Shown in pieces: positions 12,690-23,641 of a DNA stretch of 64,000 nucleotides. The DNA comes from Octopus sinensis (lineage: Eukaryota), in the NCBI RefSeq assembly GCF_006345805.1, contig NW_021836152.1, positions 62,001 to 126,000 on the forward strand, read 5' to 3'. The stretch's first letter is position 1. Each line of letters begins with the position of its first letter. The notes under the pieces are model-generated. The model did not search any database and had not been told where the DNA came from. It saw only the letters and a list, made by a program, of their open reading frames with translations. The translations under genes were made by a program, and so were the position numbers.

Positions 12690-13245
12690 GCCCTGATGCA
12701 GTACAAGGCAGTGGCTCTCATGGCTTCTGATCTTAACTGACTGGAAGTGTTATCATGTACATTGTTTTGTCTTGGTATAAAAGATGGGCTACAGCAAATA
12801 TTCTGCTCAATACCACAGGTTTGCTTGTCAGTTGTTTGACCTTAACCAGTTGAGCATGTCCCTTAGTGGCTGACGATATGTGCATCTCTGATCACGAGCA
12901 GAAGTAGTGGGGGAGCATCATGGCCATGTGTTGAGAGGGATTCTTTGGAGTTTGAATGGTTCACCTCTGGAAACATAGGTGTTTCGTTCAACATCCTAAA
13001 GCAACCCTTATTCAGGGACCGTTTGAGCAGGATGGGCTACTCAACCTGAAGAAAATTCTAACTGGGCCCCACCTGCAAGGTCATGTGTTGTTTATCTTGA
13101 TATGAGATCACCATGTCGCGCACATATGGTTGTGATGCATGTGCCTGGTGTACCTTTATCAGACGGGTAGTCATGATGGTATATTGGGCTTCGTATATTT
13201 TACCCCAGTGTCACTTTGATGGCATGAACTGCTCTCTCACTCAAT
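12685..13245 (+). mobile_element. Interspersed repeat flanked by (TAA)n, present only in the left arm
   Basis: Sharp (TAA)n boundaries on both sides. Absent from the mirrored position (~30215-31190). Confidence 0.5.
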
Positions 13246-13399
13246 AATAATAATAATGATAATAATAATGATGATGATAATAATAATAATGTTGATGATG
13301 ATAATAATAATTATGATGATAATAATAATGATGATGGTGATAATGATAATAATAATAATAATAATGTTGATGATAGTAATAATAATAATAATAATAATG

Positions 13400-13467
<68 letters not shown>

Positions 13468-13539
13468 GCCTTTGACAAACAGGAAGCAAAAGAAAACGGC
13501 AACCATCTGCTAAGATGGAGCAATCATCTTATGTGTATG

Positions 13540-13572
<33 letters not shown>

Positions 13573-13701
13573 TAATATATATATATATATATATAATATT
13601 TCATAACTTTAAAGTTTAAGAAAGCTCACCGTGTTTTGTCAATTATAAATAATCCATATAAATATATGCCCTCGACGGAAAAAGTAGTGTTTGCAGTACA
13701 A

Positions 13702-13787
<86 letters not shown>

Positions 13788-13791
<4 letters not shown>

Positions 13792-14842
13792 ACGGGCGGA
13801 CCCCCCGTCGAACGAAAGCTGTTACGGAATCCCTCACACAGGCCCGTTCGATGCAGCGAATGTTCGCCACGAAAACTCGGAGAGGAGAGAGAGACAACAA
13901 CAACAGCAGCAGGAAGAAGAGACACAGAGGCAATTGGCTCACATTTAACGCTTGTTTATGACAATCATTACAACATCAAATACAATGTTAAATACATCAG
14001 ACATATCAAAGAAAATACATGCAAGAAACAGGTATACAACAGGTAAATACAAGCAAGTAACAGAATCAACACATCACAGCATTTAAACTGTCCGGGTAAC
14101 AACACATCAAATGCAATAACAACAGCATTTCAAGAGTACACGTCCGGAGACAACAGTTATGTTTCAAATCACATTAAAGTTACAGTTCAAAGGACATTAA
14201 AGGCCTATACAGTTCAATGTTCATTACACAGTTCTCTTTCCAACAACTCTGTACACAATGTCTTTACACAGTTCACATTGCTCTTTTCACTGTCTCATTT
14301 CTTTTCAACAGTCTCTTTACATCGATTCTTTTTCCTTCTTTTTCTTCACATATCAATACACAATTCACGTACCTTAGTTCCTACTAGAATAGCCAGTATC
14401 TCATATTGCACCTCATCTCTCTCAGTACTGCTAACTCCAACTTGCTAAACACTTGCCCTGAATTCCAAATCCTCGCTCCTAAATCCAACCGCTCGCCTTG
14501 ACGACCAAATACCGACTGCCCAAAACCTCCTGCTCTGTCACTACCTTCAATCTCTCTCTTAGCTCTAATACTCTCTCTATCGCCGCTCAGATTCCTTAAT
14601 CTGTCTTCCTCACTACTTTCTTCTTCCTCTTCTTCACTGTCTCTAACACACTGAACTGCTTACTTAAGGAGGCAGCCCTCCAAATGAACCCTAATTCACC
14701 CGAAGGTGTCGGGGAGTCTCCCCAGAGCTAATTAATCAACCCGCATCCGGCAGAACAATGGATTCATTGCCAAATGTAGGTCGCCGGCTCTGTCCTTAAG
14801 TTGAACTCACAACAATATTTATATATTTATATATATATAACA
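13788..14842 (-). mobile_element. Solo LTR (1055 bp, TGTTA...TAACA termini)
   Basis: Terminal 5-bp inverted ends TG...CA. The minus-strand end GGGGGGTCCGCCCGTAACA resembles Gypsy LTR ends. No internal gag/pol. Mirror 28846-29900. Confidence 0.7.
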
Positions 14843-15336
14843 ACCCTTTCCAGAAAATAAGAAAACCAAAACAACACCCAAACACCGATACACACCTGTC
14901 TAAAAATCGGAACCTTCACTACTTTCAAAAAAAGAATACAGGACCTAACCCTATCTCTGTAAGCAGCCAGCGATACAATATCAGGAATACCCCCACTTCA
15001 AGCAGAGAAAGGATAAATCAACACCCACAGCATAGACACTGCAACCTTATCCCCACCCAAAAGAGTTACCAACGAAATCTCCGTCCCATCAACCGGTTAA
15101 ACAACCATGCACAACAAACCCACACCACTTACAATGATTACCAACGAAGGCCTCCTAGAACACCACACCCGAATATGGGATATCGGGATGCTCTCCTCAA
15201 TACTGCCCCAAGAACACACACCATAAATCACAACAGGAGACCCCACATCAACAAAGAACAACTATATAATAGCTACCGTCCCAACCACCGCATTCATTTT
15301 TTAGACCCAATACGCAAACACAGAGACACAAGATAG
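14842..15336 (+). CDS. PLE1 upstream ORF1 remnant (no ATG at its truncated start; NPFQK...HFLDPIRKHRDTR*)
   Basis: Manual translation: 164 stop-free codons from 14842 to TAG 15334-15336. Shares NPF.K and HFLD with PLE2 ORF1. Confidence 0.75.
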   Translation, partial: NPFQKIRKPKQHPNTDTHLSKNRNLHYFQKKNTGPNPISVSSQRYNIRNTPTSSRERINQHPQHRHCNLIPTQKSYQRNLRPINRLNNHAQQTHTTYNDYQRRPPRTPHPNMGYRDALLNTAPRTHTINHNRRPHINKEQLYNSYRPNHRIHFLDPIRKHRDTR

Positions 15337-17627
15337 CACCAAACAAGCAGGAGGAACCAAAAGTAATAAAAATTATCAATCTAACTCACAAGGAACTAAC
15401 AGCAAACCAAATAAACATACTTTCCAAAGGACTCAAGTTTGAACCCACCCCACAACACCCCAACTACAACGAAATGAAAGAAGACATCGCAGAATTCTGC
15501 AGAAAATTAAGACTTACTGAGGAGCTATACGATAAATACAACGAGGACGAATCGTTAGCCAGAAATAGGAGTAACTACACCCCCTCGAAAGGTAAGAACA
15601 AAACACTTGATGATTTCTGTGACCACATATCTAATTACCCATATCAACATATGCACAAACAAAAACACAAACCAAACTTCAGCAAAAAAGAATGGGCTGA
15701 GTTGAACAAATTAAAACAAGATAAAACAATAACAATCAAAGAGGCCGATAAAGGGAGTGCTGTTGTCTTAATGGATACGACATTTTACATAACTTTGGTA
15801 CTTTCTATGCTGGAAGACACAACATACTATGAAAAGGCACAAAACTACAGTCAACAAAAAATAATGAGGGAACTAAAATCCATATTAAACCCATACAAAG
15901 CAGGGCTCACCGACAAAGAATATGATTGTATGACCAATTTCACAAGTAAAACCAGCCAATTCTACGGTATACCTAAGATCCACAAAAGTGAAAAAATAAC
16001 CAACGCATGCAAGATAGCTACAGACAAAATAATTAAAGTCCCTAATCCTAATGACCTCAAATTGAGACCCATAATAGCAGGTCCCGCATGCGAAGCCCAC
16101 CGCCTCAGTAACTTTTTAGACACCCTGTTAAAACCACTCCTCAAACATGTCAAAAGCTATATAAGGGACGACTTAGATATGCTCAATCACTTACCGAATA
16201 CTATAAACAAAAACACCATACTGGTATCCTTCGATGTAGTCAACCTCTACTCCAATATCCCCCACAACCTAGGACTAGAGGCAATCCAATTCTGGCTAGA
16301 GAATCACGCCAACGAACTACCACACCGCATCAAAAACGAATTCGTGATAGAAGGGGTTAAATTCATCCTGGAAAATAACTTCTTCGCCTTCAATGACAAC
16401 TTCTACCGACAAAAATCGGGGACTGCGATGGGTACACGAATGGCCCCCTCCTTTGCCAACCTAGTCATAGGATATCTAGAGATCAGTCTGTATCGTAAGG
16501 TTCTAAAAAGATATGGCAGCCCTTTCTCCATCTACATAGAAAACAACTGGAAGAGATATCTAGATGACTGTTTCATTCTTTGGCATAAAAATATAGAAAA
16601 ACTCATAGAATTCCAGGAAATTTTAAACGGACTGGACGTAAACATCCAATTCACGATGGAATATAGCCAGCAACAACTCCCCTTCCTCGATATCCTCATT
16701 AAGAAAGCTAATAATATAATAGAAACAGACATATACTATAAGCCTACAGACTCTAAGCAATATCTTCCATTCAATTCATGCCACCCCAGACACACCAGGA
16801 TGAATATCCCCTTCAATCTAGCAAAAAGGATATGCACTATAGTCTCTAACGCAAACACCAGAGACACACGACTACAAGAACTAAAAGATACCCTTATCAC
16901 CAGGAACTATCCACCTTCACTTATTGACAAGTGCATTCAACGTGCCCTTCAACTTAACATCAAGGAACTGAGACATCCCAAATCAAAGAAAAACTTACAA
17001 CCAAAAGCCGTACCATACATCTCCACACACAACCCTCTCAATAACGAAGCCTTCGGCACCATCCTCCACAACATACCCCTCCTAAAAAAAGACCACAGAA
17101 TGAACACAATCCTCCAAACACACACGATCATAAAAAGCAAAAGACAGCCTAGATCCATGAAAAGTCTCCTAACACAAGCCCGAAGTCACTCTTCAACACA
17201 GAAGCCGACAGTAAAAAAATGTGGAAGACCCAATTGCGGGATATGCGACTATCTAATTGAGGGATCAGAGTTCTCCTTCAAACAGGGACAACGGTTTACA
17301 GTGAAAAGCAACTTCACATGTGCTTCGGAGAACCTAATATACTCACTAACCTGCTCCGGGTGTCAAGAGCAGTACATAGGCCAAACAAAAAATAGTTTGC
17401 GTAAACGAATGGCCCTGCACAGATCCCAGATAAAAATTCCCCAAAACAGAAAAATAGCTTTTAGCCAACACATAGATACTTGCGCCAACAAAAAAACACC
17501 AAGCTTCAGGATTTTCCCCCTCTACCAATTTAGGGACGATACAACCTCGAGACAACGAATAAGTAAAGAAAATCTCTTTATTACAAAATACAGGCCACTT
17601 CTTAACGGGTCTACGACAAACAATTAA
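15270..17627 (+). CDS. PLE1 reverse transcriptase + GIY-YIG endonuclease (frame open from 15270, first ATG 15474)
   Basis: IINLT..GLKFEPTP N-terminal PLE motif, ADKG, FYGIPKIHK, LRPII, SFDVVNLY, GTAMG, RYLDD, CGRPNCGIC linker, LIY...YIG. Uninterrupted in this copy. Confidence 0.95.
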
Positions 17628-18301
17628 TATACCTCAACTTTAGAATAAAAGAAATATATACACACACAAATATTACATTCCATAGAATCCATTACTAATC
17701 AGCCCCATCGCAGCTATACTTTCACCCATTCATATTCTCCCTTCTCTGTTTTTTTTTCTTCTTCTTCCTCTTCTTCTTCATCATCATCATTATCATCATC
17801 ATCGTCGTCATCATCATCACCACCATCATCATCATCATCATCATCATCATCTTCTCCTTCTCCTTCTTCTTCTTCTTCTTCTTCTTCTTCTTCTCCTTCT
17901 TCTTCTTCTTCATCATCATCATCATCATCAACATCGTCATCTTCTTCTTCTTCTACTTCTCCACCTTCTACCCCTTAACCTTGTCACTAATGTCTTTTAG
18001 TATAACGCCTACACAAATTCCATAAACAATTCCTGAATTGGACTGCGACTGCTGGCCGCCACTGACCATTCAAAATACGACCATCAGGGCACTCCCAGAT
18101 TTTCCCACTCCCACCCCCTCTCCACATCAGCATTCTTCTTCTCCTACCCTACCAAGAACTCACAACGACCTCGAACACACAAGTGCAAACAAGGGAGTCA
18201 GAGAAAGGCAGAATGCCACTTATATCTGAACACTACTATAGAAATATTCCTTTAAAAAAACTTTTCTTCTAATTTTTCTAAATTTAATTATTTAATCGTT
18301 A

Positions 18302-18339
18302 CAGTTGAAAAGGTCTCAAAATGACCGAAACCGGTACTG
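18302..18339 (+). ncRNA. Minimal type I hammerhead ribozyme motif (U3-A8 variant) in the PLE1 3' end
   Basis: CAG-TTGAAAA-GGTC(TCAAAAT)GACC-GAAAC-CG-GTA-CTG: stem I CAG/CTG, 4-bp stem II, palindromic ACCGGT stem III. Mirror 25351-25388. Confidence 0.75.
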
Positions 18340-18412
18340 AAAGATTCACTATAAAATTATTTTAGCATTTTCTATTTTTGACTTGTTTTTTCATATATAT
18401 ATATATATATAC

Positions 18413-18538
<126 letters not shown>

Positions 18539-18654
18539 ATATTTCGGAATGGTCATATTGCCAGTTTAGCCAATAAAAACACACGCACTATATATTTGGT
18601 GTTATTTTGCTTCGGTGTTATTTATTTTTTACATTAATCTTAATCTTATTTCGG

Positions 18655-18694
18655 CCAGAGTTCTTTCGTCACATTCCTGTGACCGCATCAGTGG
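18655..18694 (-). ncRNA. Degenerate hammerhead-like motif in the inverted 5' pLTR of PLE3
   Basis: Minus strand CCA-CTGATG(CG)-GTCACA(GGAA)TGTGAC-GAAA-GAAC-TC-TGG. The A9 position is non-canonical. Mirror 25083-25122. Confidence 0.5.
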
Positions 18695-18958
18695 TCCTTT
18701 GTTTTCTTCTTTCTTATTTGTGTCTCTCCTTACTAACCGTCAGCCATTTTGTATTTGTATTGTATGTTGTCATTTGCGTATGCTTATATCTCTATGTGCG
18801 TCTATGTTTATTTAATGTGTGTATGTGCGGGGATGCCTGTAATATTTGTGTCTTCTGTTTATATACGTTCATGTATATAAATACAACCTCATATCGCCAA
18901 TACAAGAATAACAACTGTACAGGCGCATGAGGAGAGAGAAAAGTTCCTCAACTCCCAC

Positions 18959-20935
18959 ATGATGATGTGGACAATTGTTCTGGGACCCCAGAAACGTACA
19001 GCAAATAATTTCAAAGCCTGGAACAGTGATATCCCGGCACTGTATGGACTTCGCAAGGACCATAAAGTAATTACTGACCCTATAGCAGGACCACCAACAA
19101 GACCAGTCTGTGGAGCGAATATCGCTAGCAATTACAGAATCTCCTACTTCCTCTCAATGATCATACGCCCTATAATCCGGATGTCACCTGATGTTTTTGA
19201 CAGCACAGCAGATCTCCTCAGCAGGATCAATGACTGTAACAACACTTGTGACCTGGCAGGATGTATGGTGGGTAGCACGGATGTGGTATCCCTATACCCA
19301 TCGATCGACGTAGATTTTTCGGTGGAGAAGTGCGTGGAGATGATCAGCGAGAGCCAGGTGGAGTTCCGTAATGTCAACATAGAAGAACTGGGCCTCCTAC
19401 TTAGACTGACATGTAATAATGAATACTTAGATAAACATAATCTTAGTAGTTTCTGCCCCAGTAGATGTTTAAGAGGTAGACCGCCCACAATTACTTCTAT
19501 GGCTAGGAAGACACATATAGAAAGATGGCGCGGATGGACCAGAGCTATACGGAGCCCCGCAAATGTCCATCAGGTAAAGAAAATGATCGCACATGCACCA
19601 GGAGCTAGTATAAGAGTTACCCTAAAAGGCCACACGTTTCAGTTTAATAATAAAATATATGCCCAGGTCGAGGGGGCAGCCATCGGCGTTAGTATCGCTG
19701 GTGATGTGGCTAACCTTTTCATGGTATAGTGAGACAGAATGCTTAAAGAACGCCCAACACAGAACTCCATACTCGTAAACATGTACTCTCGCTATGTTGA
19801 TGATATCAACATAGTGGCAAGGGCACCCCCACAAGAAAGTAATGTTGATATAGTATTAGAAACTAATACTATGGAGATCATCCATCAAATAGCTAACTCC
19901 ATCCACCAGAGTATTAAGGTCACAGTAGACTACCCCAATAAACACCCCAACCATAGACTACCAGTAATAGACACTGAACTCTGGCTAGAAATTGTGACTA
20001 ATAAAACCCAAATCCTTCATTCATACTATGCCAAACCTATGGCCTCAAAATACTTGATCCACCGGAACTCAGCCATTGCGGACAATGCCAAATTTAATAT
20101 TTTGATGGCAGACCTCGTCAGAACAATGAGAAATGTGTCACGCATGTGCGAGACCACAGAGTTAAAGAGACACATACAATATTTCATTCACCGCATGCAG
20201 TTCTCAGGTTACAGCCATAAAGAAAGGATCAGAGTATACAAAGGAGCCATGAAGAAATTTGATAACATATTATGTAATGATAGGAATGGGACTTGCCCAC
20301 TCTATAGAAACAAGCCATGGAACACTATAGAAAGGACAAAAAAGAAAATAGAGAAGGTCAACTCTTGGTATGATAGCCATAAATACCAGAGTGTCATGTT
20401 CGTTCACACCACCCCTGGAGGTGAACTGGCGTACCGCTTTAGAAGGACCCTAGACAAACTTAAGCTAAGAATTAAGGTTGTTGAAAAGCCAGGCTACCCT
20501 ATCAAATCTATAATTGGTAGAACCTATCCTTCTAGTAGAACCCCATGTACGGACAAGTACTGTACTGTATGTAGATTTAGCCCAAAAACAAACTGTAAAG
20601 CCAGAAATGTAGTCTATAGTATAAGATGTATAGAGGGACGATGCAGTAACAAGACAACGATATACGTAGGGGAAACGGCAAGAAGCATAGGAGAGCGGGT
20701 AAATGGCCATTGGAGACAACTCAAGGAAGGTAAAAGCTCATCGATTCTGTACCAACACGCCGAACAGGAACACGGGGGATCAATCAATAACATTGAAATT
20801 AAAATATTGTCCACACATAGAACAGATGCAACAATTAAACAAATTACAGAAGCTACACACATAATAAAAAATAAACCTAGCCTGAATAGAAAACTAGAAT
20901 GGAGCACTAACACACACCACAACATATCACGATAG
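18959..20935 (+). pseudogene. PLE3 RT-GIY-YIG ORF broken by adjacent TAG TGA at 19727-19732
   Basis: ORFs 18959-19729 and 19739-20935 are in the same frame, separated by two stops that probably replaced Trp codons. Confidence 0.85.
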
Positions 20936-21524
20936 AGGATTCCTAAAACATAATAAATACACAGATAAAAAAACAAATAGAAATAAATAACTATATATAT
21001 ATATATATTGATTCGATTTATAATTATTATTACTAGTATTGTTGTTATACATACATACATACATACAAGCATAGGTAATGATAATAATAAGTGGATGTAA
21101 ACACATGAACAAAATAACACCAAATATATAGTGCGTGTGTTTTTATTGGCTAAACTGGCAATATGACCATTCCGAAATATAACAATATCTGTTTCAACAC
21201 ACGACTTCACATAAAAATTCTTGCACACAAATATTTAAACGTCTTTTTGTTTCTCTCTCCCAAGTCAGTAGCAAGCTACACAGCTTCAAAACTTAACTGA
21301 CCTTAAATATATATATATTTGTAACCACGTGTTTGCCTACAAACCCGCAAGTACGTTTTTATTTAACTACAAATTGTTATATACACTTGTTTTTCTTTTA
21401 ATATCTTCAAACAACCAAATAATCAAAAACTCACACCCTTAAGAGAGAACATTTATATATATATACACTTCTTTAACTCCCAAGAAAGAATATATATATA
21501 TCAAAAATCAAAAGAAAAACAAAC

Positions 21525-22253
21525 ATGACTAACTTGCAGGCCTGCAACAGACGAAATTGGTCTGATAATGAAATTGATGTTTTAATAAACACTTGGTTCT
21601 CTCTTTCCCAAACAGAAAATTTAAATGTTTTATGTTTGAATGAGATTGCCGAAAAAACATCACAAATAATCAACACACGATCCGTCAAACAGATTCGTAG
21701 CAAACTGAAGCATATCGAAGCTTCTTTCAAACTGACAAAAAGCCATTTTGAAAAAAATCTTTATATTTTCACTGTTCAAGAACAGCAACAGCATGAAAAT
21801 CAACAGCCACAACAACGACAACAACAGAATGAGCCACTCCTAGTTCCCAGCACAATAACTGACCCTAACATCGGTCAAGCACAACAACAACAACAACAGC
21901 CACAGCAACAAGAACAACAACAGCCACTCCTCAACTCTAGCATACTAGATGATTCACTAAATGCCAGTATTTTTTCACCGCTCTCACAGCAACCACCACA
22001 ATTATCATCATCATCATCACCACCGCTGCCACCATCGTCTTCTATCACCAAAAATACCAACAAAAAACCAAATAAGAAACCACTGCTCTCTTCCCCCACA
22101 TCACCACCTCAATACTACTGTAGTAACAAAAACTTAAAGAAACATATGAAGCAGAATGCGCCCCCCCCACGGCACAAACAAGAAACCCCAAAATATGCCG
22201 CTATTCACTGCGCCAGAGACTCTGCACAAATAGTGGCTGCATATGTCTGCTGA
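21525..22253 (+). CDS. LINE B ORF1 N-terminal part: Myb/SANT-like (trihelix) domain + poly-Q/Ser-Pro linker
   Basis: RNWSDNEIDVLINTW...EIAEKTSQIINTRSVKQIRSKLKHIEASFK matches the W..E...L/RS..Q...K pattern of Myb/SANT-like domains. It is in frame with the Q-rich LINE ORF1 sequence. Confidence 0.6.
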   Translation: MTNLQACNRRNWSDNEIDVLINTWFSLSQTENLNVLCLNEIAEKTSQIINTRSVKQIRSKLKHIEASFKLTKSHFEKNLYIFTVQEQQQHENQQPQQRQQQNEPLLVPSTITDPNIGQAQQQQQQPQQQEQQQPLLNSSILDDSLNASIFSPLSQQPPQLSSSSSPPLPPSSSITKNTNKKPNKKPLLSSPTSPPQYYCSNKNLKKHMKQNAPPPRHKQETPKYAAIHCARDSAQIVAAYVC

Positions 22254-22677
22254 GTGAGTGTCCCTTCACTCATCTTCCAGGGACCCGACGCACAAACAGA
22301 AACGGGGCTTCAAGCCAACACACAAACCTGAATAAAAATAAAAATAAAATCTTCACGCATCTACCCGGCACTAGACGCACTACCGGCCAAGGCCAAAGCA
22401 CGCATCCCACAATAACATCAACACCACCAAATAGTAAATCGAAATTCAAAACACACACAACTCGGAGTCCCAAAATCTGCCGGTATTCCCAACGTGAGAG
22501 AATATGTCTGCTGAGTGACTGTCCCTTCACTCATCTTCCAGGGACCCGACGCACAAACAGAAACGGGGCTTCAAGCCAACACACAAACCTGAATAAAAAT
22601 AAAAATAAAAACATGGCAAAAGAGATACACAAAAACATTCTAACCATCACTCAACACCATCCTATGCTATTACCCCA

Positions 22678-23641
22678 GTGCACCAATTCCCCACCTTGCT
22701 GCCACTAACACACACAAAAAGTCCAAGCCCCCTGCAACAGTCAAAACCAGCCACTACACTAACCTCCACATTTCTACTCAATGCACAAGGTATCAGCCCT
22801 TCCATCAATGCACAAAAATGGAAGGTCCAATTCATTGAAGACTGGGTTGGTAACCATCCACACCACATCCCTTTCTTCATTCTCACTGAGACCCACCTTG
22901 ACAACTCCCACTTGGAAGCCGAAGTGAGAGTGAAGAATTTCACAACCATCCGCGCGGATCGTATCGGCAGAAGGAAGGGTGGAACTGCCATTTTCCTGCA
23001 TGATTCGTTTACGGCAGATGGAAATAGTATATTCTCCAACGGCTACTGTGAATCAGTCACCGTGCGCAACAAAGCCAATGACCTGACAGTAATTGGGCTC
23101 TATAGGCCGCCCCAAACACCCATACTGTGCTTTAAAGAATGCCTCAACAGCATTAAGTGCTTTATTCAACAGTGCCATTCTAGCAACCTACTCATGATGG
23201 GAGATTTCAATCTACCCTGTGTTGACTGGACTACAAACTGTTTGAAACCAAGCACTCCCGCCTCAACCGCCGACAAAGAAGCAGCAGAGTCACTTTTCGA
23301 CTTTACGAATGAGTTTTTCTTGTCCCAACTTGTCCTTGCACCAACAAGACATCAGAAGAACATTTTGGACCTAGTGTTTAGTAACCACACTAACACTATA
23401 CATAACGTTACAGTGGAAAAAACCCTTCTTTCAGACCACGACATGGTTCTCTGTAACATGAAGTTCCACCAGCCGAAAGCTAATCCTAGTGACCTCCCTC
23501 CAGCCCACCCATTTGACAACATGGATCTCCATAATGCCAACTGGGATGCAATCAGGAACGAGCTATCACATGTTAACTGGTCCTTTACACATACACACGT
23601 CTCCACCAACCATAAAACATCTTGGAAGATCTTTGTAGACA
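22678..23641 (+). pseudogene. LINE B APE endonuclease fragment
   Basis: LTETHL, RKGGTAIF, LYRPP, MGDFNLP, SDHDMV motifs. Truncated by the junction to inverted PLE3. Confidence 0.88.

Larger units (their letters stand above)
14843..18392 (+). mobile_element. Penelope-like element family 1 (PLE1), 5'-truncated by the solo LTR
   Basis: ORF1 remnant, RT-GIY-YIG ORF, 3' hammerhead motif, ends in (AT)n. Mirror 25298-28845. Confidence 0.92.
21190..23641 (+). mobile_element. LINE family B 5' portion (5'UTR, ORF1, APE domain), broken at the fold-back junction
   Basis: Near-identical to 49580-51520 from ~21765 onward, with extra 5' sequence, an internal duplication (22247-22347 and 22508-22611) and a deletion. 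Confidence 0.85.

Noticed and set aside
19727-19732. Adjacent TAG TGA in PLE3 as selenocysteine/readthrough recoding or hypermutation
   Set aside because: The context fits decay of a Trp-Trp pair. TAG precedes TGA, the site is not in a Cys motif, I found no SECIS, and two events are too few to claim an editing signature.
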